Shown piece by piece: positions 22,030 to 32,022 of a stretch of 64,000 nucleotides of DNA. Location of the stretch: NCBI GenBank assembly GCA_024276825.1, contig JAJRWI010000042.1, positions 32,001 through 96,000 on the forward strand. The letters are read 5' to 3'. Made by a program: the position numbers and the translations under genes. Every line of letters begins with the position of its first letter. Position 1 is the first letter of the stretch. This DNA is from an archaeon. GTDB lineage: Archaea > Asgardarchaeota > Thorarchaeia > Thorarchaeales > Thorarchaeaceae. Below the pieces are notes generated by a model. The model was not told the origin of the DNA. It did no database searches and saw nothing but the letters and a program-made list of their open reading frames with translations.

Positions 22030-22839
22030 TCAGCTGATGCCTCCAAAGAACACCTTCTTTTGTACCTCCACTAGAATGCCTTCAGCCTCTGATGCTGAAA
22101 TGCCAAGCATCTGTGCCAGTTGATCTGAACTTGTTGCAACGAGCTCGGTCTCCGATGTGAAGCCAGCCTGAATGATCTTTTGAATTGTTGGTCCAGGTAT
22201 CCCAATCTCATTCAAAAAGTTCATGAGCTTCTGTTTGGCTGCCTCAGTGCTTGCAGGACGTGGCGGTGCTGGCGTGGTTGGTGGAGGAGTTGCGGGCTCA
22301 GCAGGTCTTTCAGTCTCAGGTTTGCCAGCTGGTTTCAGACCTTCCAATGCGGACTTCGTAGTAGTTTTCATGATACCATAGACAAATGATGGTCTGAGAA
22401 TAAATGCCCCAAATATCATGAATACTAGAATCATGGGGATTAGTATTATTGAATTGATAGTGACTCCGACGATTGTTCCACCAAGACCAGGACTTGGAAG
22501 AGCATTTTCAACGCCCACAGTAAACAGCTTGATAATGGAGTATCCGGTCATCTCTGCTGCGAAGAAAAGCCATAGCGGAGCGAAAAAGGCAAATCCACCA
22601 ACCTCAAAGAGAAGAAGCTCTCTGAGCATTTCGCGTTTCATGAACCTGACGATTATCAATGGGGCCACAAAGATAACTGCTGAAACTAGAAACCATAGAA
22701 CGTAGAGATTCCAAAGAGTGCCAAGAATCAGCGGGTCAGTCACACCAAAACCCAGTACGTTAATCACTGCAGCACCAATGAACATTATTCCCGGAATTAT
22801 TGCACCGAGCAGAACACCAAGACCGTATCTCAACCTCAT
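22030..22839 (-). CDS. Polytopic membrane protein with Pro-rich linker and C-terminal helix-hairpin-helix domain
   Basis: About 4 TM segments; PAEPATPPPTTPAPPRP; IGIPGPTIQKIIQAGF..ELV...QLAQMLGISASEAEGI (RadA N-terminal-like HhH); AGGTGA RBS. Confidence 0.75.
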   Translation of the reverse strand: MRLRYGLGVLLGAIIPGIMFIGAAVINVLGFGVTDPLILGTLWNLYVLWFLVSAVIFVAPLIIVRFMKREMLRELLLFEVGGFAFFAPLWLFFAAEMTGYSIIKLFTVGVENALPSPGLGGTIVGVTINSIILIPMILVFMIFGAFILRPSFVYGIMKTTTKSALEGLKPAGKPETERPAEPATPPPTTPAPPRPASTEAAKQKLMNFLNEIGIPGPTIQKIIQAGFTSETELVATSSDQLAQMLGISASEAEGILVEVQKKVFFGGIS

Positions 22840-22948
22840 CTCACCTTTGCGAATATGACATGAAACAATTGCATTACGGTCTTTTAGGTGTTTTCGATAC
22901 ATGAGAAAACAGTCATAAGAGTGAGCAAGATGAGTCATCAAGAAGAAA

Positions 22949-24031
22949 ATGAGACCTTTCTTTGTGATTGGCACCAGGCCCGAGATAATCAAGATGGCAC
23001 CACTTCTATGGTATTGCGATAAGATGGAGATAGACTACTTCTTTCTTCATACTGGACAACATTACTCGCAATTCATGAGTGATTCGTTCTTCAAGGACAT
23101 GAGTATTAGGAGCCCCGATAAGAATCTCAGTATAGGCTCAGGCACACAGGCAGAACAGACTGCCAGGGCCATGATTGGTATTGAGAAGGAGTTGATGGAA
23201 GATCAACCAGATGTGGTGCTTGTTCAGGGAGATACAAACGCTGTTCTTTCAGCCGCAATAGCCGCAGCAAAATTGCACATTCCAGTGGGGCATGTAGAAG
23301 CAGGTCTACGAAGTTATGATATCAGAATGCCAGAGGAACACAATCGACGGCTGACGGATCATGTATCCCAGTTTCTATTTGCCCCCACTAAGAAGTCAGC
23401 GGAAATCTTGAGGTCTGAAAATGTCTGGGGCGAGATTCATATCACAGGCAATACGATTATTGATGCCATGGAAGACAGACTGAAAATCGCTAAGAAACGA
23501 CCCCTCCCATATATCATCAAAGACCTGAAGAGCTTTGTTCTTTTGACCATGCATCGTGCTGAGAATGTGGATGACAAAGAAACGCTTACTGGGATTGTTG
23601 AGGGAGTATTATCATTAGATAGAAACATTGTCTTTCCAATCCATCCAAGAACAATCAAAAGGTTGAATGAGTTCAATCTGATAGACAGGTTCACTTCAAG
23701 AGGTTCTGTGCATCTTATTGAGCCTATAGGATATCTCGATTTTCTAAACATAATGTCAAGAAGCGAGTTCATCCTTACTGATTCAGGGGGGATTCAAGAA
23801 GAGGCCACTGCCCCATCCATGAATAAGAAGGTGTTCGTCATGAGAACCTCTACCGAGAGACCAGAGGCTGTTGACTCGGGCCATGCGACAGTTGTGGGGG
23901 TGGATCCCAATAGATTTCCAAGAATTATACTGGAAGAGGTTAAGAAAGGACTAGTTAGTGAACGTAAATGCCCTTATGGCAATGGCAGAGCTGCCGAACG
24001 AATTATGCAGATTCTTCTAAATAGATTATGA
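22949..24031 (+). CDS. wecB: UDP-N-acetylglucosamine 2-epimerase (non-hydrolysing)
   Basis: GTRPEIIKMAP, TGQH, VQGDT, HVEAGLRS, PEEHNR, TDSGGIQEEA, TERPE. Confidence 0.95.
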   Translation: MRPFFVIGTRPEIIKMAPLLWYCDKMEIDYFFLHTGQHYSQFMSDSFFKDMSIRSPDKNLSIGSGTQAEQTARAMIGIEKELMEDQPDVVLVQGDTNAVLSAAIAAAKLHIPVGHVEAGLRSYDIRMPEEHNRRLTDHVSQFLFAPTKKSAEILRSENVWGEIHITGNTIIDAMEDRLKIAKKRPLPYIIKDLKSFVLLTMHRAENVDDKETLTGIVEGVLSLDRNIVFPIHPRTIKRLNEFNLIDRFTSRGSVHLIEPIGYLDFLNIMSRSEFILTDSGGIQEEATAPSMNKKVFVMRTSTERPEAVDSGHATVVGVDPNRFPRIILEEVKKGLVSERKCPYGNGRAAERIMQILLNRL

Positions 24032-24126
24032 ATTCGGGTCAAGTATTGTAATTTTGATGAAATCTTATTAGGTGGAGTCACAAGGGGAACATCAAGCAAT
24101 TCACATTGAACTAGGAGTACACACTG

Positions 24127-24297
24127 ATGTCATTCATTGTTAAGAAGAGTGTTCAAGAGTTTGCGAAAAAAAACAACATCAAAGTAAGTAAGGAGTTCTA
24201 CAAGGCATTGGACAAGGAGGTCGAATTGTTGCTAAGGAGAGCGAATAAGCGATGCCTTGAGAACAAAAGAAAGACATTGATGGCATACGATGTATAA
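24127..24297 (+). CDS. Short histone-fold protein (56 aa)
   Basis: Translated by hand: MSFIVKKSVQEFAKKNNIKVSKEFYKALDKEVELLLRRANKRCLENKRKTLMAYDV; AGGAG RBS; downstream terminator; below ORF-track size cutoff. Confidence 0.88.
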   Translation: MSFIVKKSVQEFAKKNNIKVSKEFYKALDKEVELLLRRANKRCLENKRKTLMAYDV

Positions 24298-24321
24298 CAA
24301 TATAGCCCCCAGCTATGATCC

Positions 24322-24357
24322 CCGGAGACCGCATTTAGCTGCAGTCTCCGGTTTTTT
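24322..24357 (+). terminator. Intrinsic-type terminator of histone gene
   Basis: CCGGAGAC...GTCTCCGG stem followed by TTTTTT. Confidence 0.75.
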
Positions 24358-24396
24358 CAATTGTTTTCTGGCATTTCGTGAGATTGCTCGTTGGTC

Positions 24397-25299
24397 TTAT
24401 TCTTCTTTTGGAATAAAAGTGACTGAATTGAACATCTCATTTAATTCATTCTTAAGATGTTGCTTGGCAATGCCTGTAAAGAGGACTACTTCTTTGAGTT
24501 GTGTCACATAACCCAGGGCGTCAAATTTAAAGAGTTCAGGATTTTTAGGAGCAAGTCCAGAACGATATTCGAATTCATTTCCCTCAAGATTCAATGATTC
24601 CACCGTATCAGATTCAATCATCATAGATCTCATGATATTGGCAAATTGTTCTCTTTCCGAGTCATCTTTTACTGAAACTGATCTAATAATTAGTATTGAA
24701 TCATTAGTAGGATGTCTATATTCACCATGAGTATATGTTGATATCATAATTATCGATGGAAAGAAAGACCGTTGATTCTTGAAGTCAATGTGAACCATAT
24801 GAGGAAACCATCTGAGTGAGTCAGGTTTTGCGAGTCTATCTTCAACCTTCATTTGGAAGTAGTACCTCTTTGAAAAAGAGCCAATTGTGAGCGCCAAGGC
24901 AATTTTAGCAATTTTCTTGATAGTAGCCTTTGCACTCGGTTCTTCTTTCACTTTGAGCCCAAATTCAATCTCATAGTCACCCGCGTCTGTAGTTGTATGT
25001 GTGACTATTGGAAGAAGCATCATTGCCTGTGCATTTGGCTTAATAGTGGACTGTAATGTTTTGCTTGGTCCTACCCAGAAGTTGTTTGGAGCTGCATCCA
25101 TACACTCGAAGATCCTCCCTCCAATGAGTCCCTTCTTTTTTATGGCAGTTATGCCAATGGTAGGAGTGAGATTCTTTTGTGTGGGATTAAAGAACTCGAA
25201 TATCAGCACAGATTCTTGGCCCTTATTGACCTTCCAAGGCAATATGCTAGCTTTGTAGCGTATTCCTTCAGGTCCCTTCTTATATTCTCTTAAATTCAT
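24397..25299 (-). CDS. Hypothetical protein (Ig-like N-terminal, possible PsbP/Mog1-like C-terminal fold)
   Basis: 300-aa AT-rich ORF; beta-rich N half; ends ELNEMFNSVTFI. Confidence 0.65.
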   Translation of the reverse strand: MNLREYKKGPEGIRYKASILPWKVNKGQESVLIFEFFNPTQKNLTPTIGITAIKKKGLIGGRIFECMDAAPNNFWVGPSKTLQSTIKPNAQAMMLLPIVTHTTTDAGDYEIEFGLKVKEEPSAKATIKKIAKIALALTIGSFSKRYYFQMKVEDRLAKPDSLRWFPHMVHIDFKNQRSFFPSIIMISTYTHGEYRHPTNDSILIIRSVSVKDDSEREQFANIMRSMMIESDTVESLNLEGNEFEYRSGLAPKNPELFKFDALGYVTQLKEVVLFTGIAKQHLKNELNEMFNSVTFIPKEE

Positions 25300-25516
25300 A
25301 AATATCCCCCGCTTATTTTGTTGTTTTTATTTTATAATAGTTATAGAAAAAATATCCAGAATAATTATTAAGGATGATAAGAACCAGTGCTCAGAATGGA
25401 TTATTGCTATTATCATCGAGTTGCTAGAGTTACTAGATTCAAAAAGTGGTTTTCACTATATCGTCATTCTTATTATTGCTTCATCTGGATTATCAGTTAA
25501 TAATGGGGTCATATTA

Positions 25517-26296
25517 ATGAAGCAAATTGTAATGACTAATGACGATGGGCATTCAAGTAAGGGACTCACGGCACTTGCTAAACAGCTCGCGAAAAAGTAT
25601 AGGGTGACCATTGTGGTTCCAAATAGTCAAAGAAGCGCAACTGGTAAGGCCCTAACACTTAATCAACCACTTCGCATTTATGATCGTGGCAAGGTAGATG
25701 GTTATCAGTTGATCACTCATGATGGCACTCCAGCAGACTCTGTGATTCTGGCAAAGGAGTTTGTTGACAGCATTGACTTTTTTGTGTCAGGAATCAACAT
25801 GGGAGCTAATCTCGGTTATCAAAGTATGGCAACCAGTGGTACAGTAGGTGCAATAGTAGAGGCAGCAATCATGGGATATCGGGGAATTGCAGTATCCCGC
25901 GTAGTAAATACACATCAGTGGTTTCATTATTCAGACTCAAACAGAGATTACAGTCGTGAGATTGAGGTGACAACTGAAATAATTGACAAAATAATTGAGT
26001 TCGGACTGCCGGCTGGTATTGATGCCTTGAATATCAACTTCCCATGTGATGTGTTGGATACAAGTAGGATCGTTGTCACTAGGCCAATACGTGCAAGAAT
26101 GCATAACACGTTAGACAAGCGGATTGACCCCAATGGTAGTCCCTATTACTGGATTGAAGGTCATGAGAATGATCCAGAACCCGGAACAGATGCCTTTGAA
26201 GTATTGAAAAATGGAAATATAGCTGTTTCTCCAATAGTCATTGACTATGTAAGCGATGCCATTCTTGAGTCATTAGGAGCCTTTATTGATAGATAA
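25517..26296 (+). CDS. surE: 5'/3'-nucleotidase SurE
   Basis: MTNDDG, GTPADSV, SGINMGANLG, SGTVGA, LNINFP, DPNGSPYYW. Confidence 0.95.
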   Translation: MKQIVMTNDDGHSSKGLTALAKQLAKKYRVTIVVPNSQRSATGKALTLNQPLRIYDRGKVDGYQLITHDGTPADSVILAKEFVDSIDFFVSGINMGANLGYQSMATSGTVGAIVEAAIMGYRGIAVSRVVNTHQWFHYSDSNRDYSREIEVTTEIIDKIIEFGLPAGIDALNINFPCDVLDTSRIVVTRPIRARMHNTLDKRIDPNGSPYYWIEGHENDPEPGTDAFEVLKNGNIAVSPIVIDYVSDAILESLGAFIDR

Positions 26297-26317
26297 TCAA
26301 GGAATTCATTAGCACCA

Positions 26318-26452
26318 TCAATGATAATGTGATTCCTTGCCATTCAAAGGCGTCATTCTTCCGAAAACGCGCTGAACCAATTCATTTAGTGTGGGATGAG
26401 TGTGGATTGTCTTAAACATTGGAATGAATGTCCTATCGCCAGCATACAAGAG
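26318..26452 (-). pseudogene. 3' remnant of a dihydrolipoamide dehydrogenase-family flavoprotein gene
   Basis: Minus-strand translation LLYAGDRTFIPMFKTIHTHPTLNELVQRVFGRM: catalytic HPTxxE motif; no upstream portion. Confidence 0.65.
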
Positions 26453-26457
26453 GTCGG

Positions 26458-26630
26458 GTTGAGATAGATGGGCAGAGCTTGAATAAAGTTGGACACTTGT
26501 AAAACAAATAGCTGATTAAAAGTCTGAATTAATGCAAGTTTGGTAGTTCTCATGTAAGATTCGCTCTTAAAATGTGCCCAGTGCCATTTTGTGGGGGGAC
26601 AGGACTCAAATGTTCAAGCTCGCCCAATTA
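26458..26630 (+). repeat. Dispersed ~175-bp element, copy A
   Basis: Shares AGTTGGACAC ... AAATGTGCCCAGTGCC ... GGACAGGACT ... CCAATT with copies at 32292 and 61844, same spacing. Confidence 0.7.
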
Positions 26631-26710
26631 ATAATAAACAGTAGACTAAGTTATATTGATAAATCCAGATATGGATATATAGGGGATATTAAACTGATGC
26701 TTTCATATCA

Positions 26711-27727
26711 TCACTTGTGTTTGAGACCTGTCCACAATGCATCAGTTTCTGGTCGTGGCAGTAATGAAGATTGTGAGTCCTTGATGAGTAGTCGTCTTGC
26801 TGGGTCATTAATGGTCTTCCCAATCACAGTTGCATCAACGCCTGACCTTGTGATGGCATCAATCACCTCATCAACCTTGGAATGACTACAAGTCAGTAGC
26901 ATAGTCCCACTTGATATCAGACTATAGACATCTACTTCAAGAGCATCACATATCTTGCTAGTCACAGGATGAATAGGTATCATATCATGATTAATCTTGC
27001 AACCCACATTGCTTGCATCACAAATCTCATGAATGCCCCCAAATACTCCTCCCTCAGTAGGATCATGCATCGCAGTCACATAGCCTGTTTCAAAAGCGGC
27101 AATGCCTTCAGCAACGACACTGATTTGAAACCGCATCTGCTGGGCTTGATAGAGAACATCATCAGGCACCTTTCCATGAAGATAGGAACTACATTCGGTG
27201 GCCAAGATTGAAGTCCCCTCAATAGCAGCAGTTTTTGTCATGATTATTGCATCACCTGGCTGTGCTCCAGAAGAGGTGACATATTTGCCATGTTTGGTCA
27301 ACCCATGCATGATTCCAACAATTATCGGGTGTGAAACCGCCTCAGTTATCTCAGTATGGCCTCCCACTACAGCGATGCCAAGTGATCTTGCAGCCTCATC
27401 TATCTGCAACATTATTCTTTCAAGGTCTTTAGAGGTAGAGCCATCAGGGAGAAGTATTGATGCAAGAAACCATCGAGGGCGTACGCCAAAGGTAGCAATA
27501 TCATTGGCATTGATATGAACTGCAAGCCAGCCAACATCCTCAATTGACCCCGTGATTGGATCGGTGCTTGCAATGAGATCCTTATCGCCAATCCTGATGA
27601 CAGATGCATCCTGACCTATTTCTGGACCGATGATCACATCCGAGTCGCTAGCACCAAGGTTCTTGAAGACTATCCGTGTCAATATTTCTGGAGGGACTTT
27701 TCCTGGCTTCAATTGAACATGCTCCAT
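26711..27727 (-). CDS. AIR synthase-family protein (HypE/PurM-like)
   Basis: GKVP, GQDASV, STDPITG, HINANDIA, GGHTE, MHDPTEGG, LISSG. Confidence 0.88.
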   Translation of the reverse strand: MEHVQLKPGKVPPEILTRIVFKNLGASDSDVIIGPEIGQDASVIRIGDKDLIASTDPITGSIEDVGWLAVHINANDIATFGVRPRWFLASILLPDGSTSKDLERIMLQIDEAARSLGIAVVGGHTEITEAVSHPIIVGIMHGLTKHGKYVTSSGAQPGDAIIMTKTAAIEGTSILATECSSYLHGKVPDDVLYQAQQMRFQISVVAEGIAAFETGYVTAMHDPTEGGVFGGIHEICDASNVGCKINHDMIPIHPVTSKICDALEVDVYSLISSGTMLLTCSHSKVDEVIDAITRSGVDATVIGKTINDPARRLLIKDSQSSLLPRPETDALWTGLKHK

Positions 27728-27879
27728 TGGTTTGGTGCGCATGGGTCCTGTTGCTGATGCATGAAAAGACAATTCATTGACACCCAGACTGGGCTCTCCT
27801 TGCTCACTATGACACCAGCCATTTGTTCCCATGCGCCGCTGGATTAAGAACAGTATCCGCATATAACGGATTTCATGAG

Positions 27880-29307
27880 TCACCTTGCAAGATATTCTTC
27901 TGCGGCCTTTAGGGTTGCAGGATCGATTTTTCTGACTGCTTGTGTCGAAGCGATAAACTCTGACAGGACCGAGTTCATCTTCATGACCTCATTGGCAAGA
28001 TAGGTTCTTCCACCGGCAATTGAAGCAATGAGATAGGAAGAGAATGACTCACGAAACTTTGGAACAGAGAGTATTGTTTCTACAACTGATGAGAAACCAT
28101 CCTTTTTCATTCTTAGAAATGTTGCAAGCTCTAGCGCATCATGGTAGGGCCTCTTGAGAAGCTTTACCCAATGAATCTGTCCAGTGTTTACATTTATCGT
28201 CACTAGTCTTATTCCATTCTTCTTAACAAGACGAGCAGCTTTGACAAGGTCTCGCACGGGTGTGAATTGAGCATGGCCTGGACCCACAGACTGAGCAAGA
28301 GGTATGTTTGGTGCAAAGTCGGAAACCATAATTAACAAGGGTTCAATATTCTTGTTTCTCATCCTCTCACGACGAACAGTTTCTATTGCCTTCATAATGC
28401 CCTCTGCAAGAGGTGTGAGACCAGAAATCCGCAGTCGAGCCAAACCCCTATAGAGCTTGTTCCAGTTAGTCGTTGGAGTCTGAACTTCAATCGCACCACT
28501 GTCCTTGAATGCAATAATCCCTACACGATCCTTTGTTCCACGGGTTTCGTGCTCGATGCGGCCAATTATCTTTCGGACCTCTTTCATATAGCCCTTCATT
28601 GACAAGCTGACATCTATTATCAGAATGATTGTGAGCGGTGTCTTTCCTGCAAACACTTTCTCACGTATATCGCTTGGCTTAATCTGAATCCTGCTACCGG
28701 GAACAAACTTTCCAGATCTTGCCACTGCCGCCATAACAGTTGCGTGAACATCAATACTTGAGGCCTCGCCAGTCGGTTGACGAGATCTGAATGGCCGCCC
28801 ATGTGTACTATCGGTTGATACCATTGAACCTAGGGATCTCGAACTTGTGCTTCTGTCGATCCAGCCGCCAGATGAAACTCGAGACTTGACCATTGCTCGA
28901 ACCCGCAGCTCATCTAAGTCGAATAGTTCCTCACCAGAATCGAGGTCAGGAAGCTTTACAAAGAATCCAGAGTCGATAGTCAGAGGATCACGAATGTCAG
29001 ACTTGGAGCCATAGAGCTTAGACTCGGGCTTGGACTCGTATCTTCGAGTAGCAGTGCCCCATTCGTCCCCAGGCTCTGGTTTAGCACGGCCAGAATCCAC
29101 AGTATCGATACCGGCAGCGGGTCCAGAAACCCGTTTCATCATTATGCGAAGCCAGTACTTGATGAGTTTATAGATAAATGGAATATATACTATCGTATTG
29201 ATTATTAGAATTGGCAATGGAGGCAAAATTCCTATAGAAGCACCAAGCAACACATTGAGGGGAGAGAAGAATATCCATGAGATATATGTAAATGCCACAA
29301 TCAACAT
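27880..29307 (-). CDS. vWA-domain half of a ChlD-like chelatase subunit with TM hairpin; probably reached by -1 frameshift from upstream AAA+ ORF
   Basis: IDVHATV, DIREKVF, MIDAS DVSLS, GLTPL, VSD; frame stays open upstream to the A10 tract at 29366-29375. Confidence 0.85.
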   Translation of the reverse strand: MLIVAFTYISWIFFSPLNVLLGASIGILPPLPILIINTIVYIPFIYKLIKYWLRIMMKRVSGPAAGIDTVDSGRAKPEPGDEWGTATRRYESKPESKLYGSKSDIRDPLTIDSGFFVKLPDLDSGEELFDLDELRVRAMVKSRVSSGGWIDRSTSSRSLGSMVSTDSTHGRPFRSRQPTGEASSIDVHATVMAAVARSGKFVPGSRIQIKPSDIREKVFAGKTPLTIILIIDVSLSMKGYMKEVRKIIGRIEHETRGTKDRVGIIAFKDSGAIEVQTPTTNWNKLYRGLARLRISGLTPLAEGIMKAIETVRRERMRNKNIEPLLIMVSDFAPNIPLAQSVGPGHAQFTPVRDLVKAARLVKKNGIRLVTINVNTGQIHWVKLLKRPYHDALELATFLRMKKDGFSSVVETILSVPKFRESFSSYLIASIAGGRTYLANEVMKMNSVLSEFIASTQAVRKIDPATLKAAEEYLAR

Positions 29308-29360
29308 GATTGAGATTATTGTCCCTTTTATGGGATTGCCACGGGGCTTTCTGACATTAC

Positions 29361-30575
29361 TTACCTTTTTTTTTTACCCTTCTGATCTCCCCACTGGGCA
29401 AAAGTGTCCTGTCGACCAAACGAACCACCACTATAACGAGTCCCACTGCCCGCCTCTTCAGATTCGTCATCCTTGTCTTTCGGAACCTCTGTGGGCGACT
29501 TTCGCTTGGTCTTCTTCTTCGAGAGTTCAGCAGCCTTCACAATAGCTGTCTCAATCTCACTGGGGGCAGGAGGTTCCAATAGTCCACCACGTCGTGTTCG
29601 ATGACTGAGAGTCAACTGGGCGGCCAGCTTCATGTCCTCCAGAGAGACCTCAGTCCTGCCCTCAAAAGCAGCCATTGTGATTGAGGTCTTGCTGATTATT
29701 ATATCGGGCCTTACGCCATCCACCTCAAGAGCATCACATGCCATAGCAATCGCATGCAACTTGTCTTCTGGAAGCATCACATTGGGCAATATCTCACGAG
29801 CTTTGACTATTCTGTTCCGAAGATGTTCCTGTTCTTCAGCCCATTTCTCCCTGAACTCTAGTGGGTTCTGTTCAAAGTTCAAGTTGCGTCTGACAAGTTC
29901 CATCCTATCCTCAATCGTGAGGTTTCTGCCAACAGCGACATGAAGTGGAAACCTATCCAGCAATTGTGGTCTGAGCTCCCCCTCTTCAGGATTCATTGTA
30001 CCAATCAGAATGAAGTCGGAGGGATGCGAAATTGAGATACCCTCACGTTCGATAACATTGAACTTTGTAGCAGCAGCATCCAGAAGGTCATCAACCAAGT
30101 GATCGGGTAAAAGGTTCACCTCATCCACATATAGAACATTCTGATGGGCCTCAGCCAGAATGCCAGGCTTTAAGGCTTGAATACCTTCTTGCAAGACACG
30201 TTCAATATCAATCGACCCAATGAGCCGGTCCTCAGTTGTCGACAGGGGAAGATTAACAACACGCATCTTCCTTCTGACAACTTTCAGTTCCTCACCCGCA
30301 TGCTTGCGTCTCTTGCAGTCCTCACACATCATCTCTTCATGATAGGGATTGCATCCAAACTTGCACCCCTCGACAACATCGACCTCAGGAAGCAGATCAG
30401 CAAGGGCACGCACTACGGTTGTCTTTCCAGTCCCTTTGGGTCCGGATATCAGCACGCCACCAATTCGGGGATTTATCCCATTCAGAATCAGGGCAAGTTT
30501 GAGCCGTTCAAGGTCAACCACAGCACTAAAGGGCAAGACAACACGTGACGCTTCAGTCAAGTTCATTCGTCCCAT
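29361..30575 (-). CDS. ChlI/ChlD-like AAA+ chelatase ATPase (5' part of frameshifted chlD-like gene)
   Basis: [57 protein letters not shown]. Confidence 0.93.
   Translation of the reverse strand: MGRMNLTEASRVVLPFSAVVDLERLKLALILNGINPRIGGVLISGPKGTGKTTVVRALADLLPEVDVVEGCKFGCNPYHEEMMCEDCKRRKHAGEELKVVRRKMRVVNLPLSTTEDRLIGSIDIERVLQEGIQALKPGILAEAHQNVLYVDEVNLLPDHLVDDLLDAAATKFNVIEREGISISHPSDFILIGTMNPEEGELRPQLLDRFPLHVAVGRNLTIEDRMELVRRNLNFEQNPLEFREKWAEEQEHLRNRIVKAREILPNVMLPEDKLHAIAMACDALEVDGVRPDIIISKTSITMAAFEGRTEVSLEDMKLAAQLTLSHRTRRGGLLEPPAPSEIETAIVKAAELSKKKTKRKSPTEVPKDKDDESEEAGSGTRYSGGSFGRQDTFAQWGDQKGKKKR
29365..29375 (-). other. Candidate -1 programmed frameshift / slippage site (A10G)
   Basis: GGT AAA AAA AAA AGG TAA; -1 frame open only from this run onwards. 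Confidence 0.75.
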
Positions 30576-30716
30576 CGCAATTATTGACTAAATTACACAT
30601 AATTTCACAAATAAACATGAGGTTCTTCGCGATTATTATATAAACAATTAAACAAAACGGCTTATTATGAATAATACATAAGGGAGTGATGCATCTAATA
30701 CTATGGAGATAATCAA

Positions 30717-31883
30717 ATGCTCTCGTATCTCACTCATATTGAATGCCCACGCTGCAGCAGAAAATTCACCCATAATCAAAAAGTGTCAGTGTGCCTGTGT
30801 GGTTCGCCGCTATTGGCCCGATATGACCTGAATAGTGTAAGAGAGGTTGTGGACGCGGGCGAGTTTCCATCAAATGTGAACTCAATGTGGAGATATTCGC
30901 AATTGCTCCCTGTCAAGTCGCCTTCATACGTGTTTAGTTTGGGAGAAGGATGGACACCATTAATAATGGCCAGAAGGTTGGGAAAGCATTTGGGACTAAA
31001 GCTCTTACGGATAAAGGATGAGGGAAGAAATCCCACACTATCATTCAAAGATCGCGGTCTTTGCGTTGCAGTTTCGAAACATGTAGAGAGCGGCTCAACA
31101 TCATTCGCCATTCCTTCTGCTGGCAATGCTGCAGTTTCGATGAGCGCTTACTGTGCAACAGCTGGGACTGATGTACATGTGTTCATGCCTGCTGACACCC
31201 CGCTAGGCTTTATCGAGGGTTGTAAGTTCTATGGTGCAAACATCACCCTCGTCGAAGGAAACATTGCTGATGCTGCAAGAATGATGAAAGCACAAAATGG
31301 ATCGTGGACTGATCTCAGTACAACCAAGGAGCCCTACAGAGTTGAGGGAAAAAAGACAATGGCCTTTGAGATTGCTGAGCAGTTGAATTGGAAGGTTCCT
31401 GATGTTATTATATGCCCAACTGGGGGAGGCACATCAATAATCGGCCTTTGGAAGGGCTTTAATGAGCTGGAAGCGATTGGTCTGATTGATGATAAGAAAC
31501 CAAGACTGTATGCTGCACAGTCCGAAGGATGCGCACCTGTAGTGAGAGCATACGAGAAAGACACAGATACAATCGAGCCGTGGCTAAATGGCCAAACAAG
31601 AGCATATGGCCTTAGAGTTCCGAGACCCTTTGCCGACCGTCTTATTATGATTGCAATGAGAAAATCGCACGGGGGAGCTGTGGGTGTTGCAGAGAGTGAG
31701 ATTGACTCATGCAGGCTACTTGCTGCGAGAATGGAAGGCATTGATCTCTGCCCAGAGGGTGCCGTGGGACTAGGAGGATTACGGAATCTAATTGAATCGG
31801 GTCAGATTGATTATAATGAGGATGTGCTCTTGCTCAATACAGGGTCAAGCTGCAGATATGGATTTCCATTAGTTGATGCGTAA
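30717..31883 (+). CDS. thrC: Threonine synthase
   Basis: SLGEGWTPL, KDEGRNPTLSFKDRG, SAGNA, YRVEGKKT, PTGGGT, LNTG. Confidence 0.9.
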   Translation: MLSYLTHIECPRCSRKFTHNQKVSVCLCGSPLLARYDLNSVREVVDAGEFPSNVNSMWRYSQLLPVKSPSYVFSLGEGWTPLIMARRLGKHLGLKLLRIKDEGRNPTLSFKDRGLCVAVSKHVESGSTSFAIPSAGNAAVSMSAYCATAGTDVHVFMPADTPLGFIEGCKFYGANITLVEGNIADAARMMKAQNGSWTDLSTTKEPYRVEGKKTMAFEIAEQLNWKVPDVIICPTGGGTSIIGLWKGFNELEAIGLIDDKKPRLYAAQSEGCAPVVRAYEKDTDTIEPWLNGQTRAYGLRVPRPFADRLIMIAMRKSHGGAVGVAESEIDSCRLLAARMEGIDLCPEGAVGLGGLRNLIESGQIDYNEDVLLLNTGSSCRYGFPLVDA

Positions 31884-32022
31884 TCACAATGCCCGAATTG
31901 ACCCAATCCAGATTACAAATTGTAATTCTTTAAAACAATTAGTGATTGAATTACAATATGGAATAACAGAGGGGTTTATTATTTTAGCTTGTAATTATTT
32001 TTTTCCACATTGAGGTGCAAAA

